Positions 14,700 to 24,293 of a stretch of 24,348 nt of DNA are shown here, one piece after another. Where the stretch lies: positions 1 to 24,348 of IMG/VR virus record IMGVR_UViG_3300017707_001111; one strand, given 5' to 3'. Within the stretch, counting starts at the first letter, position 1. Every line of letters starts with the position of its first letter. The notes below the pieces were generated by a model. That model was not told where the DNA came from, searched no databases, and was given only the letters and a program-made list of their open reading frames with translations. This DNA comes from a virus. Lineage: Duplodnaviria; Caudoviricetes. The position numbers were made by a program, and so were the translations under genes.

Positions 14700-15965
14700 A
14701 TGAAGAGCATTCAGGAACTCAAGGAAGAGCGTGCGGGCATTCCGGCCCAGATGAACGCCATCTGCGACAAGGCCGACGCCGAAAAGCGTCCCTTGAGCAA
14801 CGAAGAGCGTGAGACCTGGGACAAGATGAACGCCGATCTGGACCTGCTCAGCGAGCAGATTCAAGGCATCGAAGGCGACCTGGCCCGCCGTGCCAAATCG
14901 CAATCCGCGATCGACGCACTCAAGCAGTCGAGTGGCGCGAAGACCAACCTCAGCGGCGGCAACGCTGCCGCCCCGGTTGCGAGCCTGAGCCATCTGGCCC
15001 CGAAGGACGCCCAATTGCTGGCGGACTTCCGCCTCGGCCTGATGAGCGGTGTGGGTGCACTGTCTGGCCCCGCCCGTGCTGCCCTCCAGGTTGACCTGGC
15101 CTCTTCGGGTGGCACGATGGTTGCCCCCGAGCAGTTCCAGCGAGAGCTGATTGAGCAGGTCAAGGATCTGGTGTTCATCCGCCAGTTGGCCCGCGTCATC
15201 CCCGTCATGGACGCCGAGTCCCTGGGTGTTCCCACCCTGGACGCTCGCCCGGCCGACGCCGACTGGACCAGCGAAATCGCGATCGGTGGCGAAGACTCCA
15301 CGATGGCGACCGGCAAGCGAGCCTTGCACCCCCATCCGCTGGGCAAGCTCATCAAGATCTCGAAGACGCTGCTCCGCAAGAGCGCGATTCCCGTCGAGGC
15401 TCTGGTTCGCGAGCAGTTGGCCTTCAAGTTCGGCATCAGCGAAGAGAAGGCTTTCCTCACCGGCTCGGGCGCTCAGCAGCCGCTGGGTGTCTTCACCGCC
15501 TCGAATGCCGGTATCTCGACCGGCCAGGACGTGAGCACCGGCAACAGCACGACCGCCGTTAGCGCGGACGGGCTCATTAATGCCAAGTTCGCCCTCAAGG
15601 CTCAGTACCAGGCGAGCCCGAGCCTGCGGTGGATCTTCAACCGCACGGTTGTTCGTGACATCCGCAAGCTGAAGGACGGCGAAGGCCAGTACCTCTGGAC
15701 CCAGGGCCTGTCGGACAAGCCGGACACGATCCTCGGCGTGCCCTACATGATGAGCGAGTACGCCCCCAACACCATGACCCAGGGGTTGTACGTCGGCATC
15801 ATCGGCGACTTCCGCCACTACTGGATCGCCGACGCGATGCGGATGGAAATCCAGCGGCTGGACGAGCTGTACGCGGGCACCAACCAGATCGGCCTCATCG
15901 GCCGGATGGAAACGGACGGCATGCCTGTCCTCGAAGAGGCTTTCGTCCGCGTCACTCTCGCCTAG
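14700..15965 (+). CDS. HK97-fold major capsid protein with an N-terminal delta (scaffold) domain
   Basis: Coiled-coil N-terminus, GGTMVAPEQF, AFLTGSGAQQPLGV, IRKLKDGEGQYLW, TILGVPY and IIGDFRHY. ATG 14700 follows an AGGA RBS. Confidence 0.97.
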   Translation: MKSIQELKEERAGIPAQMNAICDKADAEKRPLSNEERETWDKMNADLDLLSEQIQGIEGDLARRAKSQSAIDALKQSSGAKTNLSGGNAAAPVASLSHLAPKDAQLLADFRLGLMSGVGALSGPARAALQVDLASSGGTMVAPEQFQRELIEQVKDLVFIRQLARVIPVMDAESLGVPTLDARPADADWTSEIAIGGEDSTMATGKRALHPHPLGKLIKISKTLLRKSAIPVEALVREQLAFKFGISEEKAFLTGSGAQQPLGVFTASNAGISTGQDVSTGNSTTAVSADGLINAKFALKAQYQASPSLRWIFNRTVVRDIRKLKDGEGQYLWTQGLSDKPDTILGVPYMMSEYAPNTMTQGLYVGIIGDFRHYWIADAMRMEIQRLDELYAGTNQIGLIGRMETDGMPVLEEAFVRVTLA

Positions 15966-15998
15966 TTCTGGCGATTCACACACACAGGAGAAGTAACC

Positions 15999-16433
15999 AT
16001 GCCTCAGGCAAGCAAAATGCACGCCGCGCAGTTGCTGATTAAGCCCAGCACTGCCAACACCACCCTGAACTCTCTCTCGGCCGCTGTCGATATGGCGGGC
16101 TTCGAGGGGATTCGCTGCTTCGGCATCTGCGGGAACACCACCGGCGATGCCCTGTTCACCCTCTATGTCTCGGGCTCGACCGCCAGCGGTGGCAACTACA
16201 CCACACTGACCGGCGCGAGCGTGGTAACGACCACAGGCTTGGCTGACGGCCTGCTGGCCATCGACGTGTACAAGCCGCTGACCCGCTACGTGAAGGTTGG
16301 CCTGCATCGCAACGGCGCGAACGGCGCGCATGGTGGGGTGCTGGTCTACAAGTACGGCGCTCATGACGTGCCGGTGACGAACGACAGCACCAGCATGCTG
16401 GTCGCCGAAGTCTCGGTTGTCGGCACCACCTAA
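15999..16433 (+). CDS. Probable capsid decoration/cement protein
   Basis: Directly after the major capsid gene with a strong AGGAG RBS; beta-rich, with AVDMAGFEG and RYVKV. Confidence 0.6.
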   Translation: MPQASKMHAAQLLIKPSTANTTLNSLSAAVDMAGFEGIRCFGICGNTTGDALFTLYVSGSTASGGNYTTLTGASVVTTTGLADGLLAIDVYKPLTRYVKVGLHRNGANGAHGGVLVYKYGAHDVPVTNDSTSMLVAEVSVVGTT

Positions 16434-16445
16434 GAGGACTGACTC

Positions 16446-16730
16446 GTGATTGTGCAACTGAATACGCCTATGGCTGGACCGTTCGGCTCCTTTTGCAAGG
16501 ACGACCGGGTGGATTTGCCCCAGCCCCAGGCGGAAAGCCTCATCGCGTGCCGGGCTGCGTCACGGACGACGCTCCCGGCTACGCGAGCGGTCAAGGTAGA
16601 CCTCGAAGCGTTGGCACTCTCGCTCAAAGCGAAAGAGATGGCTCTCGAAGAACGAGAGCGGTCCCTCATTGCCCGCGAGTTGGCCATTGATACGAACAAC
16701 ACCAGCCGCAACCAGCGGCATAAACGGTAA
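16446..16730 (+). CDS. Small head-region hypothetical protein
   Basis: GAGGA RBS then GTG; MAGP…AESLI pattern seen in small post-capsid proteins. Confidence 0.65.
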   Translation: MIVQLNTPMAGPFGSFCKDDRVDLPQPQAESLIACRAASRTTLPATRAVKVDLEALALSLKAKEMALEERERSLIARELAIDTNNTSRNQRHKR

Positions 16731-16741
16731 GGAGCCACGGC

Positions 16742-17230
16742 ATGGCTGCTGACGCGACTTTTAATCAATCGACGGGCGGCAACTACAAGACTCATGGTGG
16801 AGCCCACTGGAAAATCGGTGGGACCATCGAGGGTCTGCCTGGTGGCGTGATCGACTTCTCCACTGCTGGCTGCTACGTCAAGGGGTTCATCGAGGACGGC
16901 ACGACCACGGCCGACCTGAAGCCCTACGGCGTTTCTGTCGTAACGAAGTCTTCGGCCGCTGGTGCCCAGACCTTCACCATTGGGGCTCCGATTGTCGGCG
17001 TCCACAAGCAAATCTGCGTCATCATGGCGGACTCGTCCGACACTGTTCGGATCGATATGGCCAGCAATGGTGCGACCCTGCGGACGTACACCGGCCAGAC
17101 CCTCAATACGCTGGTTTTCGCCACCTCGGGTGCCACCAACAACTGGGCCGGCGGCATCCACATGGTGGGCTACACCACGGCTCAGTGGGCTGTCATCTCG
17201 CAGACCGGCACTATCGCCACCACGTCGTAA
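16742..17230 (+). CDS. Hypothetical virion protein (Thr/Gly-rich, beta)
   Basis: AAGGAG RBS; lies within the structural operon. Confidence 0.7.
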   Translation: MAADATFNQSTGGNYKTHGGAHWKIGGTIEGLPGGVIDFSTAGCYVKGFIEDGTTTADLKPYGVSVVTKSSAAGAQTFTIGAPIVGVHKQICVIMADSSDTVRIDMASNGATLRTYTGQTLNTLVFATSGATNNWAGGIHMVGYTTAQWAVISQTGTIATTS

Positions 17231-17263
17231 CGCAACCGGCTTCGTTCTTCCCGCGAGGTCCAG

Positions 17264-17917
17264 ATGGGCGTTTTACAAATCGTCACCGCGCAAACGCAGG
17301 AGCCTGTCTCCATCGAGGAGTTCAAGCTCCATGCGCGCATTGACCACGACGAAGACGACCTTCTGATTCAGTCGCTACTGAAGTCCGCTCGCGAATACGT
17401 GGAAGCGGAGACGGGCCGGCAGTTAGTAACGCAGACCTACGACTGGAAGCGAAACGGATTTCCCCAGGAACTCCGAGAACGGGACGACCACTACTGTACG
17501 GGATCGCTCCTTGGCCGCTCGATCAAGTTCCCGATTCCTCCTTGCCAGTCCGTCACCAGCGTTACTTATCTGGCTGCGAGCGACGGTACGAGTACCACGC
17601 TCAGTTCGTCCAACTACGAATTGCAGACGGCGTGGGTGAGTGGCAAGGTCCATCCGCGCATCCCTCACGGCCACTTGGTCGAGGCATACAACTGCACCTG
17701 GCCTGCCACACGGAACTCGATTCAAAGCGTGACGATTCGCTTTGTCGCGGGCTACGGGACATCGCAGTACGTCCCTCACGAATTCAAGGCGGTCATCAAG
17801 TTGCTGGCCGCGCACTGGTACGAGAACAGAGAAGGCGTCATCACGGGGACAATCTCCAGTGACACGCCTTATGGAATTGAGCGAATGCTCGGAACCCTAT
17901 TAGCTGGGGAGATGTAG
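17264..17917 (+). CDS. Head-tail connector (HK97 gp6 / SPP1 gp15-like)
   Basis: EPVSIEEFKLHARIDHDEDD, AREYVEAETGRQL, FVAGYG and LLAAHWYENRE. Confidence 0.92.
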   Translation: MGVLQIVTAQTQEPVSIEEFKLHARIDHDEDDLLIQSLLKSAREYVEAETGRQLVTQTYDWKRNGFPQELRERDDHYCTGSLLGRSIKFPIPPCQSVTSVTYLAASDGTSTTLSSSNYELQTAWVSGKVHPRIPHGHLVEAYNCTWPATRNSIQSVTIRFVAGYGTSQYVPHEFKAVIKLLAAHWYENREGVITGTISSDTPYGIERMLGTLLAGEM

Positions 17918-17919
17918 AC

Positions 17920-18342
17920 ATGGCTGATGTAAGCATTACGGCTGCCCAGGTGGCACCCATCTCGAATACGACCTACGACACCCGCACGGTGGACGGCATT
18001 GCAGGGGCCTCGATCACTGCTGGCCAGCCGCTCTACATCGACACTGCGGCCTCGAACTCGCTCAAGCTGGCGGACGCAGACGGCACCGCTCCCGCGTATA
18101 CGTGCGCGGGGATTGCCTTGCACGCGGCTACTTCTGGCCAGCCCATCAAGTACGCGAATGGCGGGAACTACTACCCAGGCTTTGCGGTCACTCCGGGGGC
18201 GGTCTACGTCCTGAGTACCACGGCGGGCGGCATCGCTCCGGTGGCGGACGTGACCACCAGCAACTACACGACGGTCCTGATGATTGGCTTGACCACGGCG
18301 ACCGCTCGAATCGTCAACGCGACGGCGGGAGTGCGTGGTTAA
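17920..18342 (+). CDS. Hypothetical virion protein (capsid-fibre/decoration-like)
   Basis: AGASITAGQPLY…LADAD…GIAL…GAVYVLSTTAGGI; lies in the neck cluster. Confidence 0.65.
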   Translation: MADVSITAAQVAPISNTTYDTRTVDGIAGASITAGQPLYIDTAASNSLKLADADGTAPAYTCAGIALHAATSGQPIKYANGGNYYPGFAVTPGAVYVLSTTAGGIAPVADVTTSNYTTVLMIGLTTATARIVNATAGVRG

Positions 18343-18674
18343 TGCAGGCCGGAAAACTCCAGCACCGTGTCACAGTCCAGACTGTCACCGAAACGGCCAA
18401 CCCCTCGGGTGCCAAGGTGCAAACCTGGAGCACGCTGGCGACGGTGTGGGCGGCAGTGGTGCCGGTAAGTGGAAGCGAACCGTGGAATGCAGACCAGGCA
18501 CAACCCAACGTGACGCACACGGTCACGCTGAGAAGCGGCGGAGACATCACGCGGGCAACGGTAACGCCTAAGAATCGAATCCTGTACGGCACGCGGGTAC
18601 TGAACATCGTGAGCCTGACGGATGAGAACGAAGACGGGTTCATGCTGAAACTGAACTGCATGGAGAAGATTTGA
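18342..18674 (+). CDS. Head closure / head-tail adaptor (SPP1 gp16-like)
   Basis: MQAGKLQHRVTVQ, TVWAAVVPVSGSE and RILYGTRVLNI; the ATG overlaps the upstream TAA. Confidence 0.9.
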   Translation: MQAGKLQHRVTVQTVTETANPSGAKVQTWSTLATVWAAVVPVSGSEPWNADQAQPNVTHTVTLRSGGDITRATVTPKNRILYGTRVLNIVSLTDENEDGFMLKLNCMEKI

Positions 18675-18675
18675 G

Positions 18676-19089
18676 ATGGCTGAGGTTGTCACGATCACTG
18701 GATGGGAGCCATTGCGGGCGAAGCTCAAGGCATTGCCCCCCAAGGTCCAACGTCGTGTCGTGCGCCCTGCCATGCGAGACGCGGGAAAGATTGTCCTGGC
18801 GTCTGCCAAGAACACGGTCCCCATTGGTGCGACTGGCAACCTGTCTCGGAGCCTGCGATTGCGGGCCAAGAAGCGGACACGCAAGGGAACTATCGGCGTG
18901 AATGTGTCGGCGGGTGCCGCATTCTTTCGAGGTCCGACTTTCTACGGCGGATTTGTGGAGTACGGCACGCGAAAGATGGAAGGCCGACGATTCATGCAGG
19001 CAGCTTTCGACCGTTCGTCGGCGAGTGCTAACGCTCTGGCGATGGCCAAGATCGCGGCGGGGATTGAGCGTGAGGCGTCTTCCAAATGA
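18676..19089 (+). CDS. HK97 gp10-family tail completion protein
   Basis: TGNLSRSL and FYGGFVEYGTRKMEGRRFMQAAFD. Confidence 0.9.
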   Translation: MAEVVTITGWEPLRAKLKALPPKVQRRVVRPAMRDAGKIVLASAKNTVPIGATGNLSRSLRLRAKKRTRKGTIGVNVSAGAAFFRGPTFYGGFVEYGTRKMEGRRFMQAAFDRSSASANALAMAKIAAGIEREASSK

Positions 19090-19544
19090 TCGAGACAACC
19101 ATCCGGTGGATTCTGCTGAATGACTCGGCGATTGCGAATCTGGTGGGCGACCGTGTGCTGCCCGTGTTCAACGTCGAAAGCCAGTCGATGCCGAGCATCA
19201 CCTATAGCCGAGACGCGACGACGCGAGCGTATGGAGCGAGAAGTGCGACCGGCCAAGTTGAAGCAACGATCAATCTCACCTGCTGGTCCGATCCCACGGG
19301 AAGCGACCCGTATGGTTCAGCGTGGACTCTGTTCCACCTAGTGCGTGAGTGCCTGAGTGGCTGGACGGAAACGCCTGATATGCGGGCGAGAAGCGGCGGA
19401 GCGACGGAACGGCTGAGGCGTTGTTTTGTTCAGAACGAGAAGGACGTGGTAATCGTCCCGCAGGCTGGCGAAGGAAAGCCGACCTTGGGCGTGAGCTGCG
19501 ACCTAGAAGTGGCCTACACGGAAACGACACGGGCCTATCAATAA
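19086..19544 (+). CDS. Tail terminator (DUF3168-like)
   Basis: IANLVGDRVLP…PSITY; lies before the tail tube gene. Confidence 0.78.
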   Translation: MIETTIRWILLNDSAIANLVGDRVLPVFNVESQSMPSITYSRDATTRAYGARSATGQVEATINLTCWSDPTGSDPYGSAWTLFHLVRECLSGWTETPDMRARSGGATERLRRCFVQNEKDVVIVPQAGEGKPTLGVSCDLEVAYTETTRAYQ

Positions 19545-19556
19545 AGGGAGACGGTC

Positions 19557-19970
19557 ATGGCTGACCAAGGATTCGGAACAACGATCACTTTCCAGTCGGG
19601 CGTGTTCGGCGAAATCAAAGCCGCCAATTTCTCGGGCATTACCCGCGAAGAACTGGACACGACCCACATGGGCTCGACCAACGGCTGGAAGACCTTCCTG
19701 GCGAGCGACCTGAAGGACGCCGGCGAAGTCTCAGTCGAGATCCACTGGCACCCACATACCAAGATGGCCGCACTCAAAACTGCCCTGACGGCGGCGGCGG
19801 AGACGATCACGGTCACGGCCCCCGTTCCCACGGGCGGCAGCGTGGGCGCGACGTTCGTTTGCTCGGGCTTTGCGAAGTCCTGGGACATGGGCATGCCGCA
19901 TGACGGGCTGATGACCAGCACAGTTGTTCTGAAGTTCTCGGGCGAACCGACGATGACAGCCGGTTCGTAG
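19557..19970 (+). CDS. Major tail tube protein (siphovirus)
   Basis: ELDTTHMGS…WKTFLASDLKDAGEVSV and terminal LKFSGEPT. Confidence 0.85.
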   Translation: MADQGFGTTITFQSGVFGEIKAANFSGITREELDTTHMGSTNGWKTFLASDLKDAGEVSVEIHWHPHTKMAALKTALTAAAETITVTAPVPTGGSVGATFVCSGFAKSWDMGMPHDGLMTSTVVLKFSGEPTMTAGS

Positions 19971-20001
19971 TTTTAGATTCCTACTTCCCTAGGAGAGTGA
20001 C

Positions 20002-20385
20002 ATGCCATTCATTGGCCGAGACGAGATCCTTGCATCCGTCGATATCAAGCCCGAGAGGGTGGACGTTCCCGAGTGGGGCAGCGAAGCGTTCGTTTTCGTT
20101 CGCCCCCTGAGCGGTCTGGAACGCGGGCACTACGAGCAGATGATGGGCTCGCTCTCCAAGCTGGATCGCTACAAGCAATCACGCGGCCTCCTTTGCGCGC
20201 TCGCAATCTGCGACGAATCCGGCAATCCGGTCTTCACGCCCAACGACGTGGAACATCTTTCCGCCAAGTCTGCGGCCCCTCTCGATCGCTGCTTCGACAG
20301 GATCTACGCACGATCAGGCATGGGCAAGGAAGAGTCAGAGGCAATCGAAAAAAACTCCGAAGCGACCCCTGGCGCAGACGGTTGA
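20002..20385 (+). CDS. Tail assembly chaperone (gpG-like)
   Basis: VDVPEWG…VRPLSGLER and ICDESGNPVFT; ends EKN at a slippery site. Confidence 0.88.
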   Translation: MPFIGRDEILASVDIKPERVDVPEWGSEAFVFVRPLSGLERGHYEQMMGSLSKLDRYKQSRGLLCALAICDESGNPVFTPNDVEHLSAKSAAPLDRCFDRIYARSGMGKEESEAIEKNSEATPGADG

Positions 20386-20654
20386 TGAGGCTTGCTGGCC
20401 ATCTTAAGTGGCCGAGCATCCGCTACGGGTTGCAACACAACACAAGCAGAGAGATCGAAGAGTGGTTCGCCTTCTACAACATCGAGCCTTACGGGGATGA
20501 GTGGCGACAGCACGGCCAGACGGCCATGTACATCGCTGCGGCGCACGGTGCCAAGAACGTCAAGATCGAGGACTTCATGCCGTTGCCGAAGAAACAGTCC
20601 GCAGAAGAAGTGTTCGGAGTGTTCGCGGTCTTGCACGACTACTTGAAGGGCTAG
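20349..20654 (+). CDS. -1 frameshift extension of the tail chaperone (gpGT-like)
   Basis: A-AAA-AAC heptamer at 20349-20355. The -1 frame reads LRSDPWRRRLMRLA…SREIEEWFAFYNIEPYG to the stop at 20654. Confidence 0.85.
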   Translation, partial: KKLRSDPWRRRLMRLAGHLKWPSIRYGLQHNTSREIEEWFAFYNIEPYGDEWRQHGQTAMYIAAAHGAKNVKIEDFMPLPKKQSAEEVFGVFAVLHDYLKG

Positions 20655-20656
20655 AG

Positions 20657-21904
20657 ATGGCAGTCATCGGCGAAATCGTGATTGGCATCAGTGCCAAGCT
20701 GGACGGCCTGGACAAGGGCGTTAAGCAGACAACCAAGAAGATGGACGACTTCAGCACGTCACTGCGGAAGTCGAATCGGTTCCTGCGCCAGATGGTCGGT
20801 GGCTTCGGCACGCTCGCAATCGCCAGTTCTGCGGCACACAAGATCGAGCAGCTTACTAAGGCGATGGCCGAAAACGGCAGCGTTGGTGCAAACGCCATTC
20901 TCAAGACATCGGGGCGTGTCGAAACGGCGCTGCTCGACCTGTCTGACACGATCTTCAGTAAGGCCATGTACGGTTGGGCCAGGCTAGGTGAAGAGATCCT
21001 AAAGACGACTGGCTACGCCGAGAAGGCTGATGCCGCAATGAAGAAGCTGAACGCTGGGACCATTCGCGACCCGGCATTTCGCTCGCGTCTGGCTGGCGGC
21101 TTCGACGGTGCAGACCTAAAGAAGTCAGACGACATGATCGGCGACATGAAGAAGCAGCTTCTGTTTCTCCACCAGTTCGGCGAGCTTGCCGATGGGCCGT
21201 TGCGTGGTCTTAACATCGACCGCAAGCAGCGTGAAGAACTGTTCCGGCTCAACAAAGAGCTAGAGGCTTACTACGAGAAGGTCCAGAAGGTTAAGGACGA
21301 CCAGAAGGCGGTTGAGGGCATTCTGAAGAGCGCGGACACGGACCTGCGAGACGCCTATCGGGAGAGGAATCAGGCAGATCCCATTGGTTCTGCCATCGAC
21401 GACGCACTCGCGCTAGGCGCAACCGATGATCAACTCAAAACGCTACTAATCACTCTCACGCAGCTTAGGGACATCGAGAACCAGCGGAACGCCGAACTTG
21501 CAGCCGAAGAGAACCGCGTCGAGATCCTGGAGCGCGAAGTCGCCGCCTTCGAGGAGATGCAGAAGTTCGTTGACGGCGTTGACGAGGGCCTCAAAGGTCC
21601 GAACGAGAAGATGGACGAGTTCATTGACAAGATTGATGCGGCCAAGAAAGCGAACTTGATTAGCGACTTCCAGGCCGATCGAGCGATTGATGCAGAGCGA
21701 AAGAAGCTATTTGATCCTAAGGAGAAGCGGGAGCCAGTAGCCGCCGCCTTCCGCGGTTCGCAGGACGCCTTCTCTGCCATCGCCCGCTTCCGCAACGGCA
21801 ACCAAGAGAAGATCCCTGCACAGCAACTCAGAGAGGCGAAGGAAACCAACCGTCTCCTGCGCCGCAAGGATGCGGAGCAGGAAGTCGCCGGACTCAACAA
21901 CTAA
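20657..21904 (+). CDS. Tape measure protein (short, 415 aa)
   Basis: MAVIGEIVIGISAKLDGLDKG is a typical tape measure N-terminus; helical; follows G/GT. Confidence 0.82.
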   Translation: MAVIGEIVIGISAKLDGLDKGVKQTTKKMDDFSTSLRKSNRFLRQMVGGFGTLAIASSAAHKIEQLTKAMAENGSVGANAILKTSGRVETALLDLSDTIFSKAMYGWARLGEEILKTTGYAEKADAAMKKLNAGTIRDPAFRSRLAGGFDGADLKKSDDMIGDMKKQLLFLHQFGELADGPLRGLNIDRKQREELFRLNKELEAYYEKVQKVKDDQKAVEGILKSADTDLRDAYRERNQADPIGSAIDDALALGATDDQLKTLLITLTQLRDIENQRNAELAAEENRVEILEREVAAFEEMQKFVDGVDEGLKGPNEKMDEFIDKIDAAKKANLISDFQADRAIDAERKKLFDPKEKREPVAAAFRGSQDAFSAIARFRNGNQEKIPAQQLREAKETNRLLRRKDAEQEVAGLNN

Positions 21905-21913
21905 GGGGGCAGG

Positions 21914-22780
21914 ATGCCCAACGTCGTCTCATGCAACGAACACTATGGCAACCGCTCGGCATCGCTGAGCGTGTCTGGCGCTACCGTCACTGTCGAATAC
22001 GTCCGACACTTCAAGATTGAACTGGACGATGGCGGGCCAGGGGCTGACGTGGCTGCTTCTGGTGCGTCTGGCCTACCCGTTGCCAGGCAATCTCACCCGT
22101 TCTATGTGGCCGCTCGCGTCAAAAGCATCTCGATCAACCCGGAAGGGGAAGACGACAAGATCTGGCTGGCCACCGTCAACTATGCCACTGACGTGCCGGA
22201 CGAAAGCGAGCACCCCGAGAACCCACTGGACGAGCCTCCGCAGATTGCCTGGAGCTTTCAACAGTTCCAGCGAGTGGCCGACAAGGACACGGACGGCGCG
22301 CCGATCATCAACAAGGCGGATGAGCAGTTTGACCCGCTGCCCGAGGTGGACGATTCGCGGCTAGTGCTCAGCTACTCACGCAACGAGTCGAGTTTCCCGG
22401 TGAACCTCGCCATCGAGTACATGGACGCGGTGAACTCGGACACATGGAACGGGGTGGCGGCGGGCAAGGTTAAGTGCCAGAGCATCAACGCCACGCGGCA
22501 ACACGTCGCCACGGAAGACGGCGTTCAGTACTACTGGAACGTGTCCTACGAGTTTCACTTCCGCTACGACGACTGGGATCTGCACATCCTTAATCAGGGC
22601 TACCGCACGAGCCTGGACGGCGAGTATGAGTCGGCTACGGATTCGGAAGGGCGGGCGCTGAATGCTCCGGTCCTACTGGACAGCGACGGACAGGAGCTAA
22701 CCGAGGGGGCGGACCCGGTGTTCCTGGACTTCGAGGTTTACCGCCGTCTGCCGTTTGCCACTTTTAACATCACGCTCTAG
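21914..22780 (+). CDS. Acidic tail-tip / distal tail protein
   Basis: Directly after the tape measure gene, with an RBS and beta-rich composition. Function inferred from position. Confidence 0.6.
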   Translation: MPNVVSCNEHYGNRSASLSVSGATVTVEYVRHFKIELDDGGPGADVAASGASGLPVARQSHPFYVAARVKSISINPEGEDDKIWLATVNYATDVPDESEHPENPLDEPPQIAWSFQQFQRVADKDTDGAPIINKADEQFDPLPEVDDSRLVLSYSRNESSFPVNLAIEYMDAVNSDTWNGVAAGKVKCQSINATRQHVATEDGVQYYWNVSYEFHFRYDDWDLHILNQGYRTSLDGEYESATDSEGRALNAPVLLDSDGQELTEGADPVFLDFEVYRRLPFATFNITL

Positions 22781-23104
22781 CTATTCAATATTCGTTGCCA
22801 TGTACACCTTGCCTTTGAAGATCGCGAAGTCCGACTCTTGCAGAGTGATGGCCCCCATCGCGTTCTTGGCACGGTACTTGACGCGAATTCCGATGCGTCC
22901 AGGCGACTCTTTGCTGAGTTCCGGCACACCCCATTCGACGATTTTCAGGCTGCTTGGGTCATTGAGATGTTCCTGGAACCAAGCGTGGACCGCTCGATGA
23001 TTCGGATCTTGGTCGATGAAGACGGTTGAGACAGCCCAGAAGGCGGCAACGATGAGTAGGGCGCAGAAAAAGACAACGGCCGTTTGGCGGATGAAGTTGA
23101 GCAT
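22781..23104 (-). CDS. Membrane-anchored hypothetical protein (moron-like, opposite strand)
   Basis: N-terminal hydrophobic helix and VKYRAKNAMGA; exactly fills the gap between two tail genes. Confidence 0.75.
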   Translation of the reverse strand: MLNFIRQTAVVFFCALLIVAAFWAVSTVFIDQDPNHRAVHAWFQEHLNDPSSLKIVEWGVPELSKESPGRIGIRVKYRAKNAMGAITLQESDFAIFKGKVYMATNIE

Positions 23105-23158
23105 GCCAATAGCTTGCCAATCCTAGGCGAGCAAGTCAACTAAAAAGGCGGTGCCAGG

Positions 23159-24289
23159 ATGGCTACAAGGACATGGGTGGGCGGAGCCCCGACGCAGGTA
23201 CAGGTTTCCACTGCGGCAGTTACGGCCTACGACGCCACGACAACCTATTCGGTAATTATCACCGGAGAGAACGGCGCAACGACCACTATTTCGGTGGTCG
23301 GCTCGGGCGGCACGACGACGACGGTTGCTGCTGCCCTGGTGGTCGCATTTAACGCCAGCGTCTCGCCGCTTTGCACGGGGATCACGGCTTCCAATAGCTC
23401 GGCCAACTTCATTTTGACTGCTGATACTGCGGGCGTACCTTTCACGCCCACGACCTCGGAGGTTACGGGCACGGGCACGATTGGCGACTTCTCCGTTACT
23501 ACACCGAATAGCGGCCCGAACGACTACAACTGCATCGGCAACTGGGCACAGGCGGCCATCCCAGTGGCCAACGATCTGGTGCTTATCACGGGCACGTCAA
23601 ACATCACCTACGGGCTGAATCAGTCGAGCGTCGAGGTGGATGGGTTTTATGTCATGCCGGGCTACTCGGGCACGATTGGAACCGCTTCGGCCTACCTGCA
23701 AATCGACGTGGACAACGCCACCCGGTTCGAGTTCTCGGGCACGGGGACCAGCTATATCGACGTGGGCGGCGCTGCCATATCGCCGATCATCAAGAAAACC
23801 AAGACCGCCACGGGCGGGCAGGCGGGCTTGTATTTGAAGGGCTCGGCCCTCGTCACGATCGACCAGCAGTCGGGCGTGGTTCGTTACGACTCGACCACGT
23901 TCACGACGCTCTATGTGGGCTCGGCCTCGAGCTGCACGGCATATGTGGCTTCCACCTGCACGGTTACGACGGTGCAAAATATGGGCGGCACGATCGTCCT
24001 GGAGTGCGCTGCTACGACGGTCAACAACCAGTCCGGCACGCTGACCACCGAGGGCTCGGGAGCAATCACGACCCTCAATTGCGATGCCGGAACGGTCTAC
24101 TCCAACAGTTCGGGCACGGTAACGACGGTCAACGCAGACGGCGGCACCGTGGACTTCTCGAAGAACAGGGTCGCCCGCACGGTCACGACGATGAACTTCC
24201 GTGGCGCAACGGTCAAATACGATGCGAACGTGATGACGTTCACCACTCCCGCGTACACGTCGGCTTACTCCGCTTCCCCTCTGGAGTAG
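23159..24289 (+). CDS. Thr/Gly/Ser-rich beta-strand tail or fibre protein
   Basis: Repetitive TVTTVN-type strands suggest a beta-solenoid C-terminus; lies in the tail module. Confidence 0.7.
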   Translation: MATRTWVGGAPTQVQVSTAAVTAYDATTTYSVIITGENGATTTISVVGSGGTTTTVAAALVVAFNASVSPLCTGITASNSSANFILTADTAGVPFTPTTSEVTGTGTIGDFSVTTPNSGPNDYNCIGNWAQAAIPVANDLVLITGTSNITYGLNQSSVEVDGFYVMPGYSGTIGTASAYLQIDVDNATRFEFSGTGTSYIDVGGAAISPIIKKTKTATGGQAGLYLKGSALVTIDQQSGVVRYDSTTFTTLYVGSASSCTAYVASTCTVTTVQNMGGTIVLECAATTVNNQSGTLTTEGSGAITTLNCDAGTVYSNSSGTVTTVNADGGTVDFSKNRVARTVTTMNFRGATVKYDANVMTFTTPAYTSAYSASPLE

Positions 24290-24293
24290 ACGC

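Noticed and set aside
14529-16457. 642-aa - strand ORF, and similar ones such as 35-1162 - and 23597-24301 -
   Set aside because: These are antisense shadows of high-GC coding genes with no recognisable motifs.
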